Shown here piece by piece: positions 35,731-48,170 of a stretch of 64,000 nucleotides of DNA. The stretch is from Octopus sinensis (lineage: Eukaryota). Where the stretch lies: positions 28,209,360-28,273,359 of the forward strand of contig NC_043019.1 in the NCBI RefSeq assembly GCF_006345805.1, read 5' to 3'. Made by a program: the position numbers and the translations under genes. The notes beneath the pieces were generated by a model that was not told where the DNA came from, ran no database searches, and saw only the letters and a program-made list of their open reading frames with translations. Numbering within the stretch: the first letter of the stretch is position 1; each line of letters begins with the position of its first letter.

Positions 35731-36175
35731 CCCATTAGTGTTTGAACCAGCCATAACCAGCACAAATATTCCAACTGTTTTATGTTAAAACTGGCAAGAC
35801 TCAGCCTCTTACGCCTACCTTACAATGTCATTCTAAAACTAAACAAACACACCATCAAAATCTCAAAGCTACAAGATAATGCATGATTAACCCTTTCGTT
35901 ACTGTATTTATTCTGAGATGCTCTGTGTTTCTTTCAGTTACTTTAAATATAACAAAGAATTTAGTAAAATAACTTAGTTATCATTCAGCTAGTGTTAGAA
36001 ACATAAATTGTGACTAAGGTTTGGTGAAAGATTTTAATTCAGAACTTATGAAAACAAGACATTTGTACTCAGAGCCAGAGCTGGGTTTCAGCCGGGTTGG
36101 TAACAAAAGGGTTAATTCAAAACAATACGAATAAATAAGCATTACGTTTGATAGAGTAATCTGAATGTTCAAGGG
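35731..36175. mobile_element. piggyBac-type MITE with a second piggyBac-type MITE (35891-36111) nested at an internal TTAA
   Basis: Both have TTAA flanks and CCC...GGG termini; inner TIRs CCCTTTCGTTAC / GTAACAAAAGGG; an uninterrupted outer copy at about 39760-39970 shows a single TTAA. Confidence 0.85.
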
Positions 36176-36360
36176 TTAAACACAAATTGCAAAGGAATTA
36201 AGCAAATGTTAAAGTATCTATGTCTGACTGCTTCATACTTCCACCTGCTGAACCTAAATATGTAATTAAATCTATGTTCACGTTATATTGGTGTATTACT
36301 AATTTCTTAAAGCTTATTTTATATTTCTTAAAAATGAGTCCTTTTGTTTTCTGTTTTCAG

Positions 36361-36571
36361 AAGGCTGGGTTTGTGCAGAGTTTGCCCTCTGACTTCAGTG
36401 ATGTACAACCTCGTAACTATGATCCAAACTATATCTCTGAAATCAGCAACCAGATGCAAATTCCAGATAGACTTCAGTTTGATGGGACTGTCGATTCTCG
36501 GTCAATGTCACCTACTCTTAAAACAGAAGTGCTTTCTAATATGACCATTCCAGAAAGGCTTGTCTTTGTAG
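36361..36571 (+). CDS. MFF: Mitochondrial fission factor (Tango11-like), exon carrying both N-terminal Drp1-binding repeats
   Basis: ttttcAG acceptor; YISEISNQMQIPDRL and NMTIPERLVFVG match the MFF R1/R2 repeats (M-x-VP-(E/D)-(K/R)-L); GTAAAT donor in phase 1. Confidence 0.92.
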
Positions 36572-37430
36572 GTAAATATAACAGCTTTGTATTTCACCAC
36601 TTTTTTAAAACAAAAATAAAAATGGTTCAAGAATACATGTCCGGTGGAGTCACTGCTGGTACCCGTTCCTAATAAAACATCCTGAGGTTTGTTGTATTCC
36701 ACTCAATAGATTTTATTATCTTTTATCATTTACCTGTTTCAGTCATTAGACTGTGGCCATGCTGCAACACTGCCTTGAAAAATTTTGGTCAAATGAATCA
36801 GCCCCAGACAGTATAAGTATAAACACACCACTAGGTCTTGAATAATGTTGCCAAACCATTGGCCACATGTGTTCCTGTGTCTTTATGCTTCATCTATAAT
36901 TTCTTTTCTCAAAACATGTACAGCGTAGTGTCTTTCCATGTCTGAATGTACCTCAACATGTTAAATAAGACTGTACACAACTAACAGATCAGATTGGCTC
37001 TCCAGACCTCCGTCAAACCGTCCAACCCATGCTAGCATGGAAAATGGACGTTAAACGCTGATGATGATGATGTGTGTCTGTGTTTGCCCCCCACCCCCAC
37101 CATCGCTTGACAACCGATGTTGGTGTGTTTATGTCCCCGTAACTTAGTGGTGCAGCAAAAGAGTCTGGCAGAATAAGTACTTGGCTTACAAAGAATAAGT
37201 CCTGGGGTTTGAATTGTTCTACTAAAGGCGGTGCTTCAGCATGGCCACAGTCAAATGATTGAAACAAATAAAAGAAGGAAAGAATACAGGCGTGGCTGTC
37301 TGGTAAAAAGCTTGAACCCCAACCACTTGTTTCTGAGTTCAATCTCAGTTTATGTGTATCAAATTGCACGCACATGGCATCTAAACTTACTTAGAATTAT
37401 ATATTAAATTCATTATTTTTTTCTTTTTAG

Positions 37431-37626
37431 GAGAAGATAAGCATGTGGGTCTGAAATCTACTATGCGGCAATTTGACTTTGACAACATACCCCAGACTGA
37501 AGCAACATATGTTGGAATGATCACTCCACCAAGGACACTAACTTTAGAGGAGCAATTTCCTTTTGTTGAAGACTCAGCAGAACCAGAACGCCTCAAACGT
37601 AATGTAATGCCTCTAGTGAGAAATGG
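37431..37626 (+). CDS. MFF: MFF middle exon (GEDKHVGLKST...TPPRTLTLEEQFP...RLKRNVMPLVRNG)
   Basis: Strong pyrimidine tract plus AG; TPPRxLTL motif conserved in MFF/Tango11; GTAAG donor in phase 2. Confidence 0.92.
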
Positions 37627-39294
37627 GTAAGTTGATTTTTCTCTTCCTGCAAATCTGTGTATTTTGTAAAGACACCTCTCTTGGGTTTTTTTTAACTATT
37701 CTTTTTTATAACAAACGAAAGGAGCACAATGTAACCATATGCTCATCAGATCCTGTCAAACTGTCCAACCCATGCCAGCATAGAAAATGGATATTAAATG
37801 ACGATGAGTTAAGATTTTTACATCTGTTAGCTACACATTTTTTAGCATCATAACTACAAGGATTGGTGAACTCATTACAATATTAGGCAAAATACCTTGT
37901 GCTATTTGTTCCAAGCCCCCTATACTCAGAGTTCAAATCCTACCAAGATCAATTTGGTCTTTCATTCTTTTGGTGGGGGTAATAAAAGTGTGTATCTATT
38001 TCTTTATTGCCCACAGGGGGCTAAACATAGAGGGGACAAACAAGGACAGACAAAGGGATTAAGTCAATTACATCGACCCCAGTGCGTAACTGGTACTTAT
38101 TTAATCGACCCCGAAAGGATGAAAGGCAAAGTCGACCTCGGCGGAATTTGAACTCAGAACGTAGCGGCAGACGAAATACGGCTACACATTTCGCCCGGCA
38201 TGCTAACGGTTCTGCCAGCTTGTGCATCAACAAAGAGTAGAGGATTGGTAGAATTGTATCTGCTTTCTGATGGTATGGCCTGCAGTGACACTAGTGCCAA
38301 GCAGTATTGGCTTTGCTGCTCCTTTGGACAAAATCAGTCGTGTAGAGGGAAGAGACTTGTACGCTTGGATATAAGCTAGTTTTTTATGGAAAGAAAAACA
38401 AAAATCTTGCCCAAATTTGCACCTTAAGGGAGAAATTTCTAACAATGCACACAGATATCATCTAAATGTAACTTAAATATCACACCAAACTGACACTACC
38501 TCCATGAACAGCTGCTTGAAGTCATCAAACCAGTGGGGGAATCTTTACATGATTGTTCTATCTACTAGAAATAGCAGCCAAATTTCCTTGAATTACACCC
38601 TAACAGTCTTAGACAAATTGAATAATGTGGTCCTGGGTTCCCTGTATATAGGAAAAAGATGGAATAGACATGGCTGGAATGTAGCTCGATCAAGGCTGAC
38701 CTGGAGTAAGCAATAACTTGAAAACATCCTTCATTAGGGTCATGCACAAAGACAGAATCATTGCATGTATCAAGAAACACCCTTTTTACTCATATGCAAC
38801 AGGCAATGAAACCCCTCAAAGCTGTTGCAAATGAAGGCTGGAGGATATATCAGCTGAAACGTTGTGTTAACAACATACAAGATGAGGACATATATCCGTC
38901 AAATGTAAACAGTGTACATAATTCCTCATCCCTTAAATCTAGAACTGCCATTGGACTGATTGGCAAAGACTCACTCAACAACACTATGACTCAAATGTAC
39001 TGTCACCTCTCTTTGACTGTTCTACCTTTGCTACAGCAGTCTGCTTCTCTGAACTCATTCATTCCATACTATCATTTCTCTGCTCTGTGAAATGTTTCTG
39101 CCATCTCTATCTTTAGTTTCCATCAAAACCACTTCATAATGTCCTGTGGGTCCATGTTACATTTTGTGGCTGCATTTGTAGCCTTATTTGTCAAGATGTC
39201 TTTATGTAAGAATTTCCTTTATCTTCCTTCTTCACCTTTTGTTGTTGTTTACCCATTTCTTGGCATTTTATTAGTTGAGAAGACATATAGAATA

Positions 39295-39676
39295 GGAGCA
39301 CTCCGTCGGTTACGACGATGAGGGTCCCAGCTGATACGATCAACGGAACAGCTTGCTCGTGGAATTAACGTGCAAGTGGCTGAGCATTCCACTGACACGT
39401 GTACCCTGAACGTAGTCCTCGGGGAGATTCAGTGTGACACAGAGTGTGACAAGGCTGGCCCTTTGAAATACAGGTACAACAGAAACAGGAAGAAAGACTG
39501 AGAGAAAGTTGTGGTGAAAGAGTACAGCAGGGTTCACCACCATCCCCTGCCGGAGCCTCGTGGAGCTTTAGGTGTTTTCGCTCAATAAACACTCACAATG
39601 CCCGGTCTGGGAATCGAAACCACGATCCTATGACCGCGAGTCTGCTGCCCTAACCACTGGGCCATTGCGCCTCCAC
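39295..39676 (-). mobile_element. tRNA-Arg-like SINE, full length, in an MFF intron
   Basis: Minus-strand head GGAGGCGCAATGGCCCAGTGGTTAGGGCAGCAGACTCGCGGTC...GGTTTCGATTCCC has box A/B and a TCG anticodon-like loop, followed by a non-tRNA body. Confidence 0.85.
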
Positions 39677-39989
39677 TTGAAAAGACATACATTGAAACTG
39701 AGGCATTTCTTTATTTTTATTAGAAGCAATATAAGTTTTTTTTTTTTTATTTCGTTCTTTTTTAAACTGGTCATATCCAGCTCAAATATTCTACCCTCTT
39801 TATGTTCAAACTAGCCAGATCCAACCTCTCATACCTTCCTGACAGTGTTATTCTTAAAATAAGCAATCACATCACCAAAATCTTGAAGCTGCAAGATAAT
39901 GCATGATTAATTCAAAATGATGGAAATAAACAAGTATCACATTGGACATAGTAATCTAAACGCTAACCAGTTAATCTTTTGACTTCAAA

Positions 39990-40728
39990 ATTAAATTTCA
40001 TGGTTGTTCTAGAAATTATATCAAATACCTACCAAAAAAATAGAATTGGTATTTTCTGCAAGTCATATTGCCTCAATAAACTTGACACATCTCAAACAGA
40101 AAATAGTTTCCAACATGACATCCCTTAATAAAAGATTGACTGGAATATAAAACTGCTTTCTGCAGTTAAGGGTGGTGAAAGTTTTGGGTGGATATATCTG
40201 ATTTCTGCAGTAAAAGGGTTAAAGTAAAAATAGGAGACATTGGATCATGTGGTCTTGAATTTAGTGTAACTAGTAAAAAAAGTAGAAGAGTCATGGTTGG
40301 AATGTCTTCAATCACAGGTTTGACAAGGTTCACTAACCCTTTCACTGTGAAATTAAATTACGTAGTTATTCTAGTAATCATCATCATCATTTTAAATCCA
40401 GGTTTTGTCCCCGTTAATGGGGCTGGCTGGATCTACCTCAATGCCATAGCAACCACTCTCAAACCATCTCGCCCAGTTTTGGGCATCCTCCCTTCTCAAG
40501 CCAACCCTTCACCACTTTTTCCTGCTGTTAAATATCTTCAAGAAAAAGAAAAAAAAATCAGAATTGATATTTTCTCCATGCTTCAATAAACTCAACATAT
40601 CTCAAACAGAAAATTGTTTCCAACATGACATCCCTTAACAAAAGATTGATTTGTATATAAAACTGCATTCTGCTATTAAGGGTGGTGAAAGTTTTGAGTG
40701 GATATGTCTGATTTCTGCCACACAAGGG
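39990..40728. mobile_element. Two copies of a ~220-bp MITE ending AAGGG-TTAA (about 39990-40218 and 40505-40728), just upstream of the last MFF acceptor
   Basis: Shared AATAAAC...CTCAAACAGAAAA...TAAGGGTGGTGAAAGTTTTG...AAGGGTTAA. Confidence 0.65.
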
Positions 40729-40772
40729 TTAACAGTTGTCACTGAAGTAAAATTGAACTTTTTATTTTTCAG

Positions 40773-41001
40773 GGTGAATACTCAAGTCTATACTCCCGGC
40801 ACTTCTCCCGGTGATACTTTGCTTCTAAATGACGAGGACGAAGCCACTTTGTTACGTACTCATTTGGCCAAGTTGACACGGCGGATCGTATCGTTAGAGC
40901 AGGAAAATCAGAAACGAGCTCAGCGTGATTTAATTATTTATCCTACACTTCTCGGCTATATGTTGTGGAAAGTATTAACATGGTTTTTCCGTAGTAACTG
41001 A
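40773..41001 (+). CDS. MFF: MFF last coding exon: coiled coil plus C-terminal tail-anchor transmembrane helix
   Basis: Phase-2 acceptor; LRTHLAKLTRRIVSLEQENQKRAQRD matches the MFF coiled coil, followed by hydrophobic LIIYPTLLGYMLWKVLTWFF and a basic tail; stop at 40999-41001. Confidence 0.93.
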
Positions 41002-43248
41002 AAAGGAAAAAAAAATTGAAATCTGTTTTTTTTTTTTTCTAACTATCAAATATGGAGCTCAATATTATTATATCAAGCAGTCAGATAATGTTGGTGGGGT
41101 CTGAGGAGTGGGGTGGGTTTAAACAATTCAACAATTTATTTTTACTTGTCATTGTTATTGTCACTCATGTATTTGAGTCAGTTCAAACTTAGTTGGAACA
41201 CCCATGATGTGTGTGCTCTTACTTTCGCTCTCTCTGAACGAAAGAGTGACTGTTGGTCCAGCTTTCTATTTTTATAATTTTTCAGTATAATAATAATAAT
41301 ATAATAATAATAATAACAACAACAGCAGACATGATAGAGAGATGGAATAAATTCCTCATAGCATTGCACAGAGTTGGCTTTATCTTTCATCACATTGAAG
41401 GTGTATCATTGGAATTAAGTCCAATATGCAGTCAACTGTGTTTGATACACATCAGTTATATTCCCACCCATCTCTTTATGTAGATGTGTGGCGCTCTGCC
41501 ATTGTCATATCATCAGTATTATTATTACCATTATTAGGCAGAGAGCTGGCTGAATTGCTAGCACACCTGACAAAATGCTTAGCGGTATTTTGTCCATCTT
41601 TATGTTCTGAGTTCAAATTCTGCCAAGGTTGACTTTGCCTTTCCTCTTTTTGGGGGTCGATAAAATAAGTACCAGTGAAATACTGGGGTCGATGTAATCG
41701 ACTAGTCCTCTCCCCACAAATTTCAGGCCTTGTGCCTTTAGTAGAAAGGATTATTATTATTGTTAAGGTGGTGAATTTGTAGAATTGTTAGCATGCTGAA
41801 CGAAATGCTTAGCAGTATTTCGCCTGTTGCTACATTCTGAGTTCAAATTCTCCCGAGGTCGACTTTATCTTTCATCCTTCCGAGGTCCATAAATTAAGTA
41901 CCAGTTACGCGCTGAGGTAATTGATTCATCTCCTCTCCCAAAATGGCTGCCCTTGTTGCAAAATGTGAAACCATTATTATTATTATCATTATTTAAGCTC
42001 AGAACATATTTAGTTACAGCCCTTTACTTTCCAAGTTCAAATTCTACGAAGGATCACTTTGCCTGTCATCCTCCTGAGGCTGATGAAAAGAAAGTACCAG
42101 TCAATCACTGGGGTTAATAAAAATTGACTGACCTGTCCCACCAAATCTGAGGCCTTGTGCCTATTTAAGAAATCATCATCATCATCATTATTATTATTAT
42201 TTAGAATAAATATTTTAATATTCTCACCCAAGTCAGAAAATGAGCCAATCAAATGAATTATAAAATAGAAAACTATAAAGTTTGTTTCTTTTGCTAATAA
42301 AATGACTCAATGAATTCTGTTTACATGAGTGATGAGTGACAATCTTGTAAAAATCACATGACATTTGACAAAGGATTTATGATTGCTAAAAATGGTGAAT
42401 GATTTAATTGATTGGTATTTGGAAGTTGTGGGTATATCGGAGCAGTGTATTAGCAAAGCACTTGACTAAATGCCTTCTTTTAGCATTAAATCTCATCTCT
42501 TCTACATTCTAAGTTTAAAATCCATCTGCAGCCGATTATGTTATTCCTACCTTCGGTTGTTGGTAAAATAATTACAAAGCATGTTCTAGGATCTGGTTCT
42601 GTTGTCCATCTTCTTCTACAAACATTTTTGTCTTTGTTGTGTCAACATAAACAATTTATTGTTTACACTAACATTTATAGGTGTCAACTGCAAAGTTAGT
42701 GGCATCTAATACTTTCTAAGTCTGTACTTTATTAATATACTGCTTAATAATAATAATAATAATAATTATCAACAACAAAATTAGTTGAGTAATTTTTCCT
42801 GCATGCATGCAGACACACACACAAAACATTTATGAATCAAAATTGTAATTGATGTTGATTACTTTTATTTCAATTATTATTTTTTAAATTGACTAAAATA
42901 AAAAAAAATGTTTATTGCAACAGCTATATATATATATATATATATATAAAAAAAAAAAACAGCTTTATCTTAATATTTGTTTCTTCCTGAAGAATGCTAT
43001 GCTACGATCTTTTACTTTGTTGCTGCTCAGCGGAAACAGGGATCACAGGGATGGTTTTCTTGTAAAAAGCATTGAATGTAGATAAAGAATGGGGACTCTG
43101 TTGTCTAAAAAGAAATATTATTACTTCAATATTTTGGTAAATTAAGGTTTCTTTAATATTATTGCGATTAATCCTGTAGTTAAGCATTTCTACTATAAAA
43201 AATTTTCAAATTTTAAACCTGATGAAGATGAAAAAGGAAATTGATATA

Positions 43249-43339
43249 CAGTAATCCCTTGCCATATTGCAGTTCACCTATCGTGGTTTATTATTTAAGC
43301 TTACGTCGATTCCTCCGTGGTGGTGTTTTGCATTTATAA

Positions 43340-43370
<31 letters not shown>

Positions 43371-43486
43371 CACAAATTATGAAAATAAAAAAAAATATAC
43401 AGTACAGTACTGTTTCTACTTTGTGGATTTTCACCTGTTGCGGGTGGTTTTGGAACATAATACCTGCGATACTCAAGGGATTACTG
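43249..43486. mobile_element. pogo/Tigger-type MITE
   Basis: TIRs CAGTAATCCCTTG / CAAGGGATTACTG, TA flanks. Confidence 0.85.
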
Positions 43487-43779
43487 TAATCAATAAATGA
43501 TGTTAAAAGTCGTTGGGACTAATTGTCGTCATGATGTGGGAAGTTGGAAACTGGAAAGTTTGTAAATGTGGGAAGTTTGAAACTACAAGGTTTGTAGATA
43601 AATATAAAGAGTTTCAAAATGCAATGTTTATACATTTAAGAACCTAGTAAAAGTCTTTTTCTATTTTTTTAGATCCTGTTCATGTAATAATTTATAGGAT
43701 AGTATATTAATTGGAAGTATATTGACTTTAAATACTGAAAAAATTTTCTGATTCTGGGTGCTTTTTACGTGCCACCTGC

Positions 43780-44015
43780 ACAGGTGCCAGACAGAGCTGG
43801 TCGTTTGCCAGCTCTGTCTGGCACCTGTGCAGGTGGCACGTAAAAAGCACCCACTACACTCACGGAGTGGTTGGCGTTAGGAAGGGCATCCAGCCGTAGA
43901 AACACTGCCAAATCTGACTGGGCCTGATGAAGCCTTCCGGCTTCACAGACCCCAGTTAAACCATCCAACCCATGCTAGCGTGGAAAACAGACGCTAAATG
44001 ATGATGATGATGATG
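43780..44015 (+). mobile_element. Short retroposon with an RTE-like 3' end and a (GAT)n tail
   Basis: GGTTGGCGTTAGGAAGGGCATCCAGC...CCAACCCATGCTAGC..GGAAAAC.GAC..TAAA(TGA)n; related pieces at about 35270-35416 and 37015-37070. Confidence 0.75.
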
Positions 44016-45639
44016 TACAGAGTTTCAAGAGTCAAATGTCTGAAAAATAGGAATCTGCTCATGTTGGATACATCCATTGGGTCTCCAGCTATGGCAGGTT
44101 TTTTTCTTTTCCTCTTTTATTTTTTTTATGACCATTATAAAACTTACGATTAAATATCTCAGTGTATGGCTTGAAGGCTTTAACACTCTTAACCAACTAG
44201 GCTACTAATGCAATATTATAAATGTTTAAATTAAAGAGTTCTTAGTTCAAATCCAGTCTGGTTCTCTGTACACATCCAAGTATAAGATGACACTTATTGC
44301 TAAATAGAGTTCACACTGATTGAAAGTAAGGTGGATGTAAATATTAAAAGAAGAATAGGTTAGGAGGTTTAAAAATTGTAGCCATCGATCCATCCATCTT
44401 CTCTGCTCACTATCCCTGAGAGAATCATGGGGTTAGTGTCCTCAGGCACTTCCATAGGGTTTTGTCAGAAGCAACCATCATTAGACTTTTCAGCTAGATT
44501 CCCAAGCATGACCAACCGAGACTATGGTCTACGCCTAGGTCTCCTACCATCTGGCTTGGCTTGGCTTGAAGAATCCAAATTGCAATTTCTTTTGGCAGCA
44601 TCCTAGTCACATGTCCACAGTACAAGAGCTACAACCTCTCAATGTGAAGTTATAGCTTGACCTGGAGTGACTTCCTGATCTCCCAGCTACATACCTTGTT
44701 GAGTAAAATTTGCAATTTAATAAAAATTATGATTTCTGCAATTTTTAAACTTACATGAAATCCTTTTCAATTTGGACAGTTTTTTCTTGTAAATTGTTTC
44801 TTACAATTGACTTGTTACATGTCATTGATGATTCTAATTCCTCTTGATCAAATTTTTCTTGGATTAATTCTAATTTGGAACAAAACTACATAAGATACAT
44901 ACAATAAAAGTTGTTTTTTTTTTGTAATTAATTTTCAAGATTCATAAATTATTTTGAAGAATAAGAAAATGTTTGTGAATTTCTTATTTTAGATATTATT
45001 CTTTGCTTTACTGTCAAAGACATCTCACTGCACAACCAATACAGCTGAACTGACAAAGAAGCCTCTTTGGCAGTCATGGGAAGATTGTAGCCTGTGGGAC
45101 TTTCTGAATGGTATGCCTAATGAAAAATTACCTTGAATTATTTTAGTAGTGTGGCCACCAAACAATGGGCCATATCTTGTGCAGGCCACTTCTTGAAAAA
45201 GGCTGCCCATGCTTGCTCTATGGCAGTGCTCTGCAACCTTCTTACACTTGCGTTTCATTTATATTCTTTTCAAAATTTAGCAGCACACCTGAACTAAAGA
45301 TGTAACTAAAAGAATAGAAAAAAAATTATACTCAGGTTACACAGCAGCACACTTAACATCGTCTCATGGCACACTTGTCTGCTGTGGCATACCTGTTTCA
45401 GAGCACTGCTCTATAGAATACACAATGTGCTAGAAATAGCAGCAAAATCTTCTTCAAATCACACATAACATCTTTTAAAAGAAAGGACATAGATAATATA
45501 GTCTTAGACACACACACACATATATATAAATTAAAGAAAAAACACTATTATGTAATTCAAACAATGATAGACATAAACCAAATCATAAAGGTAAATAATG
45601 TACATAATTCCTCATCTCTTAAATATAGAAATGAACTTC

Positions 45640-45760
45640 TTCATATTTAATGACAATTTCTATCGACAGATCGGGGACTCCGATGGGCATGCGAATTGCC
45701 CCCTTCCTTGCTAACCTAGTCATGGGGTACTTGGAAATCAGTCTTTATCATAAAGTTAGG
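45640..45760 (+). mobile_element. Penelope-like element reverse-transcriptase fragment
   Basis: Frameshifted FNDNFYRQI-G-TPMGMRIAPFLANLVMGYLE matches the PLE RT Y-x-Q-xx-G-x-(A/P)MG-x-x-(S/A)P-x-(L/I)AN-x-x-M motif. Confidence 0.8.
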
Positions 45761-46884
45761 TAAACTGATGTAATATATAGCATTTAGGTTGAATGAAGAC
45801 GATACTGGATTGTCAGTGCCTGGTGTATAAGTTTCAGTTTACTGGCTGTCTTGAGCTTTCAAGCTTATCAGACCATAGTTTACTCTAGATTCCATGGTTT
45901 TATAAGTAACAGAGAGGAGAGAATTGCCTACTGGACCAGGATATCAGTCCACCACAAATTTAAACCACAAGCTATGCTGGTGCTCATTTCAGTTGAGTGG
46001 ACTGGAACGACTTGAAATGAAGGGCCTTGCTCAAGGACACAACACACCAAAGTTATAGGTTTGATTCTAGTTTAGGAATGAAACTCAGGCTTTACAATCC
46101 TAAGTCTCATATCCTAACTGCTAGGCTCTGTACCTTGACTCAATCTACAGTATGGGATGCTAAATTGCCTTTTTTTATCTCTAAGATATATAAACTGAGG
46201 TAATAAAGCATTTAACAGCCTTAACAATAGATTGAAACTCATAACTCAGGACCGACAGTAAATCCATTTTGCTTTTTCCATTTTTATTTCAATTCAAGGC
46301 AATCTCTAAATGTATGAATTAGGAAACTTTAACACACACACACACACATGGATTTTTGTAAGAAATAGCATTTTTCTGTTAATTATTTTCAGTATATATT
46401 ACACAAGAATTTGTACAATTAGTTTTATCAAACAAATTACTTGTTTATTTACAATAATTATAACGACAAAAGATATTTTAGAGATATATGAGTAAAGTAG
46501 AAAATATATTAAATTAAGAATGTTCGGCTGACATATCTTTCACTTTTTATGGTTTTTCTTAGAGTTCATATAATTGACATCTGGTAAGATTTTGTTAATG
46601 TTTTATCATAAAAGTAATAAAGAGAGTACAGTGAACTTGCCATGGGGGATTGGAAAACCCAGTGTTTCAAACAGAATCCTTCTTCAGGGAAAAGTAGAGA
46701 AATTAACAACAGAGTTTTACATCTTGAGCGAGTTTTTTTTTTTTTCTTAAACTCGTCAGATGTAAAACTCTGCTGCTGTTCCTCATTAATTTCTCTCCTT
46801 TCAACTTTTCCCAGAAGGACCCCGTTCAGAAACATTGGATATTCCACCATGGCAAGTTCACTGTAATTTTTTTTTATCATTTAA

Positions 46885-47272
46885 GAGTAGGAGTGGCTGT
46901 GTGGTAAGTAGCTTGCTTACTAACCACATGGTTCCGGGTTCAGTCCCACTGCGTGGCACCTTGGGCAAGTGTCTTCTACTATAGCCTCGGGCCGACCAAA
47001 GCCTTGTGAGTGGATTTGGTAGACGGAAACTGAAAGAAGCCCGTCGTATATATGTATGTGTGTGTATATGTTTGTGTTTGTCCCCCCAACATCGCTTGAC
47101 AACCAATGCTGGTGTGTTTACGTCTCCGTAGCTTAGCAGTTTGGCAAAAGAGACCAATAGAATAAGTACAAGGCTTACAAAGAATAAGTCCTGGGGTCGA
47201 TTTGCTCGACTAAAGGTGGTGCTCCAGCATGGCCACAGTCAAATGACTGAAACAAGTAAAAGAGTAAAAAGA
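46885..47272 (+). mobile_element. SINE family A, full length
   Basis: Consensus match; further copies at about 31751-32110, 33765-34150, 47905-48430, 51590-52033 (-), 52800-53290 and 56796-57205. Confidence 0.9.
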
Positions 47273-48023
47273 GGCCAACAACAGTTTTTGTGCTTTATAT
47301 ATTGTGAAATCTGTTGCTTAAATTGAATTAAAACTTCCATGATTGATTTTTACTAATTTCTTTCTAATCTGTCCTAAGAAATGAAGACGATCAATATTTC
47401 ATTTTATTTTATCTTGAATTAATTTTATTTCAGTTTCCTTAATTAAAAAAAGGAATTAATTTGCCTTTTCTTTGATTTTTTTTTTTTTTTGTTTTTAAAA
47501 TTATCAAAAATCTTTGATTCTGTATAGATAACCAGGTATATTCAAATGCTCTTGAATATTTTCCCCATTTTCTTTACACAATTCTTGAAATAATGAGCTG
47601 TAGTCTCTGATTAATCCTTTCATTAGCATATTTCTATTGAGATACACTGCCTCTGTTTAAATTAGGTTTGAAAAAGTGAAGAATTTAGTAATAAGTTTTT
47701 GATTTAGATCACTTAAAAACTAGAAGTTTGTATCAAGCACCAGGAATGGTCACAAGTGGATTGGTATAAAAAGGGGCTGAACCGTTAGTGATCTCACTTG
47801 AAATCAATAACCAATACCACATGATTGCCTTTATATTAATGTAGATACTTTAGGCTCCATGTCTGTGTAAGCAATCAACTCATTTTTCTAAAGTAAGGTG
47901 CAAGTATGTGTGTGTGGTAAGAAGTTTACTTCCCAAACACATGGTTCTGAGTTCAGTCTATTATAGCCTTGGGCTGACCAAAGTCTTGTGAGTGGATTTA
48001 GTAGATGAAAACTGAAAGAAGCC

Positions 48024-48058
<35 letters not shown>

Positions 48059-48059
<1 letters not shown>

Positions 48060-48170
48060 GGTCTGCTCGCTTAGCCAATGGGGTGGCGTCATTTGAAGGC
48101 TAAAACAATGCAAACCGCTTTGTGACCAGCGATGTGTAGCAACATCTGATAGCCTGGTCGGTCACGGTGA
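48059..48170 (+). mobile_element. About 110-bp element embedded in (TA)n; second copy at 61780-61890
   Basis: Two similar copies with the same boundaries, each flanked on both sides by (TA)n; no TIRs. Confidence 0.75.

Noticed and set aside
36220-36672. 150-aa ORF as a single-exon gene
   Set aside because: Only 36361-36571 is MFF-like and bounded by splice sites; the flanks are intron read-through.
39600-39676. tRNA-Arg-like sequence; also other tRNA-like heads
   Set aside because: These are SINE heads followed by SINE bodies, with no intact acceptor stem; not called as tRNA genes.
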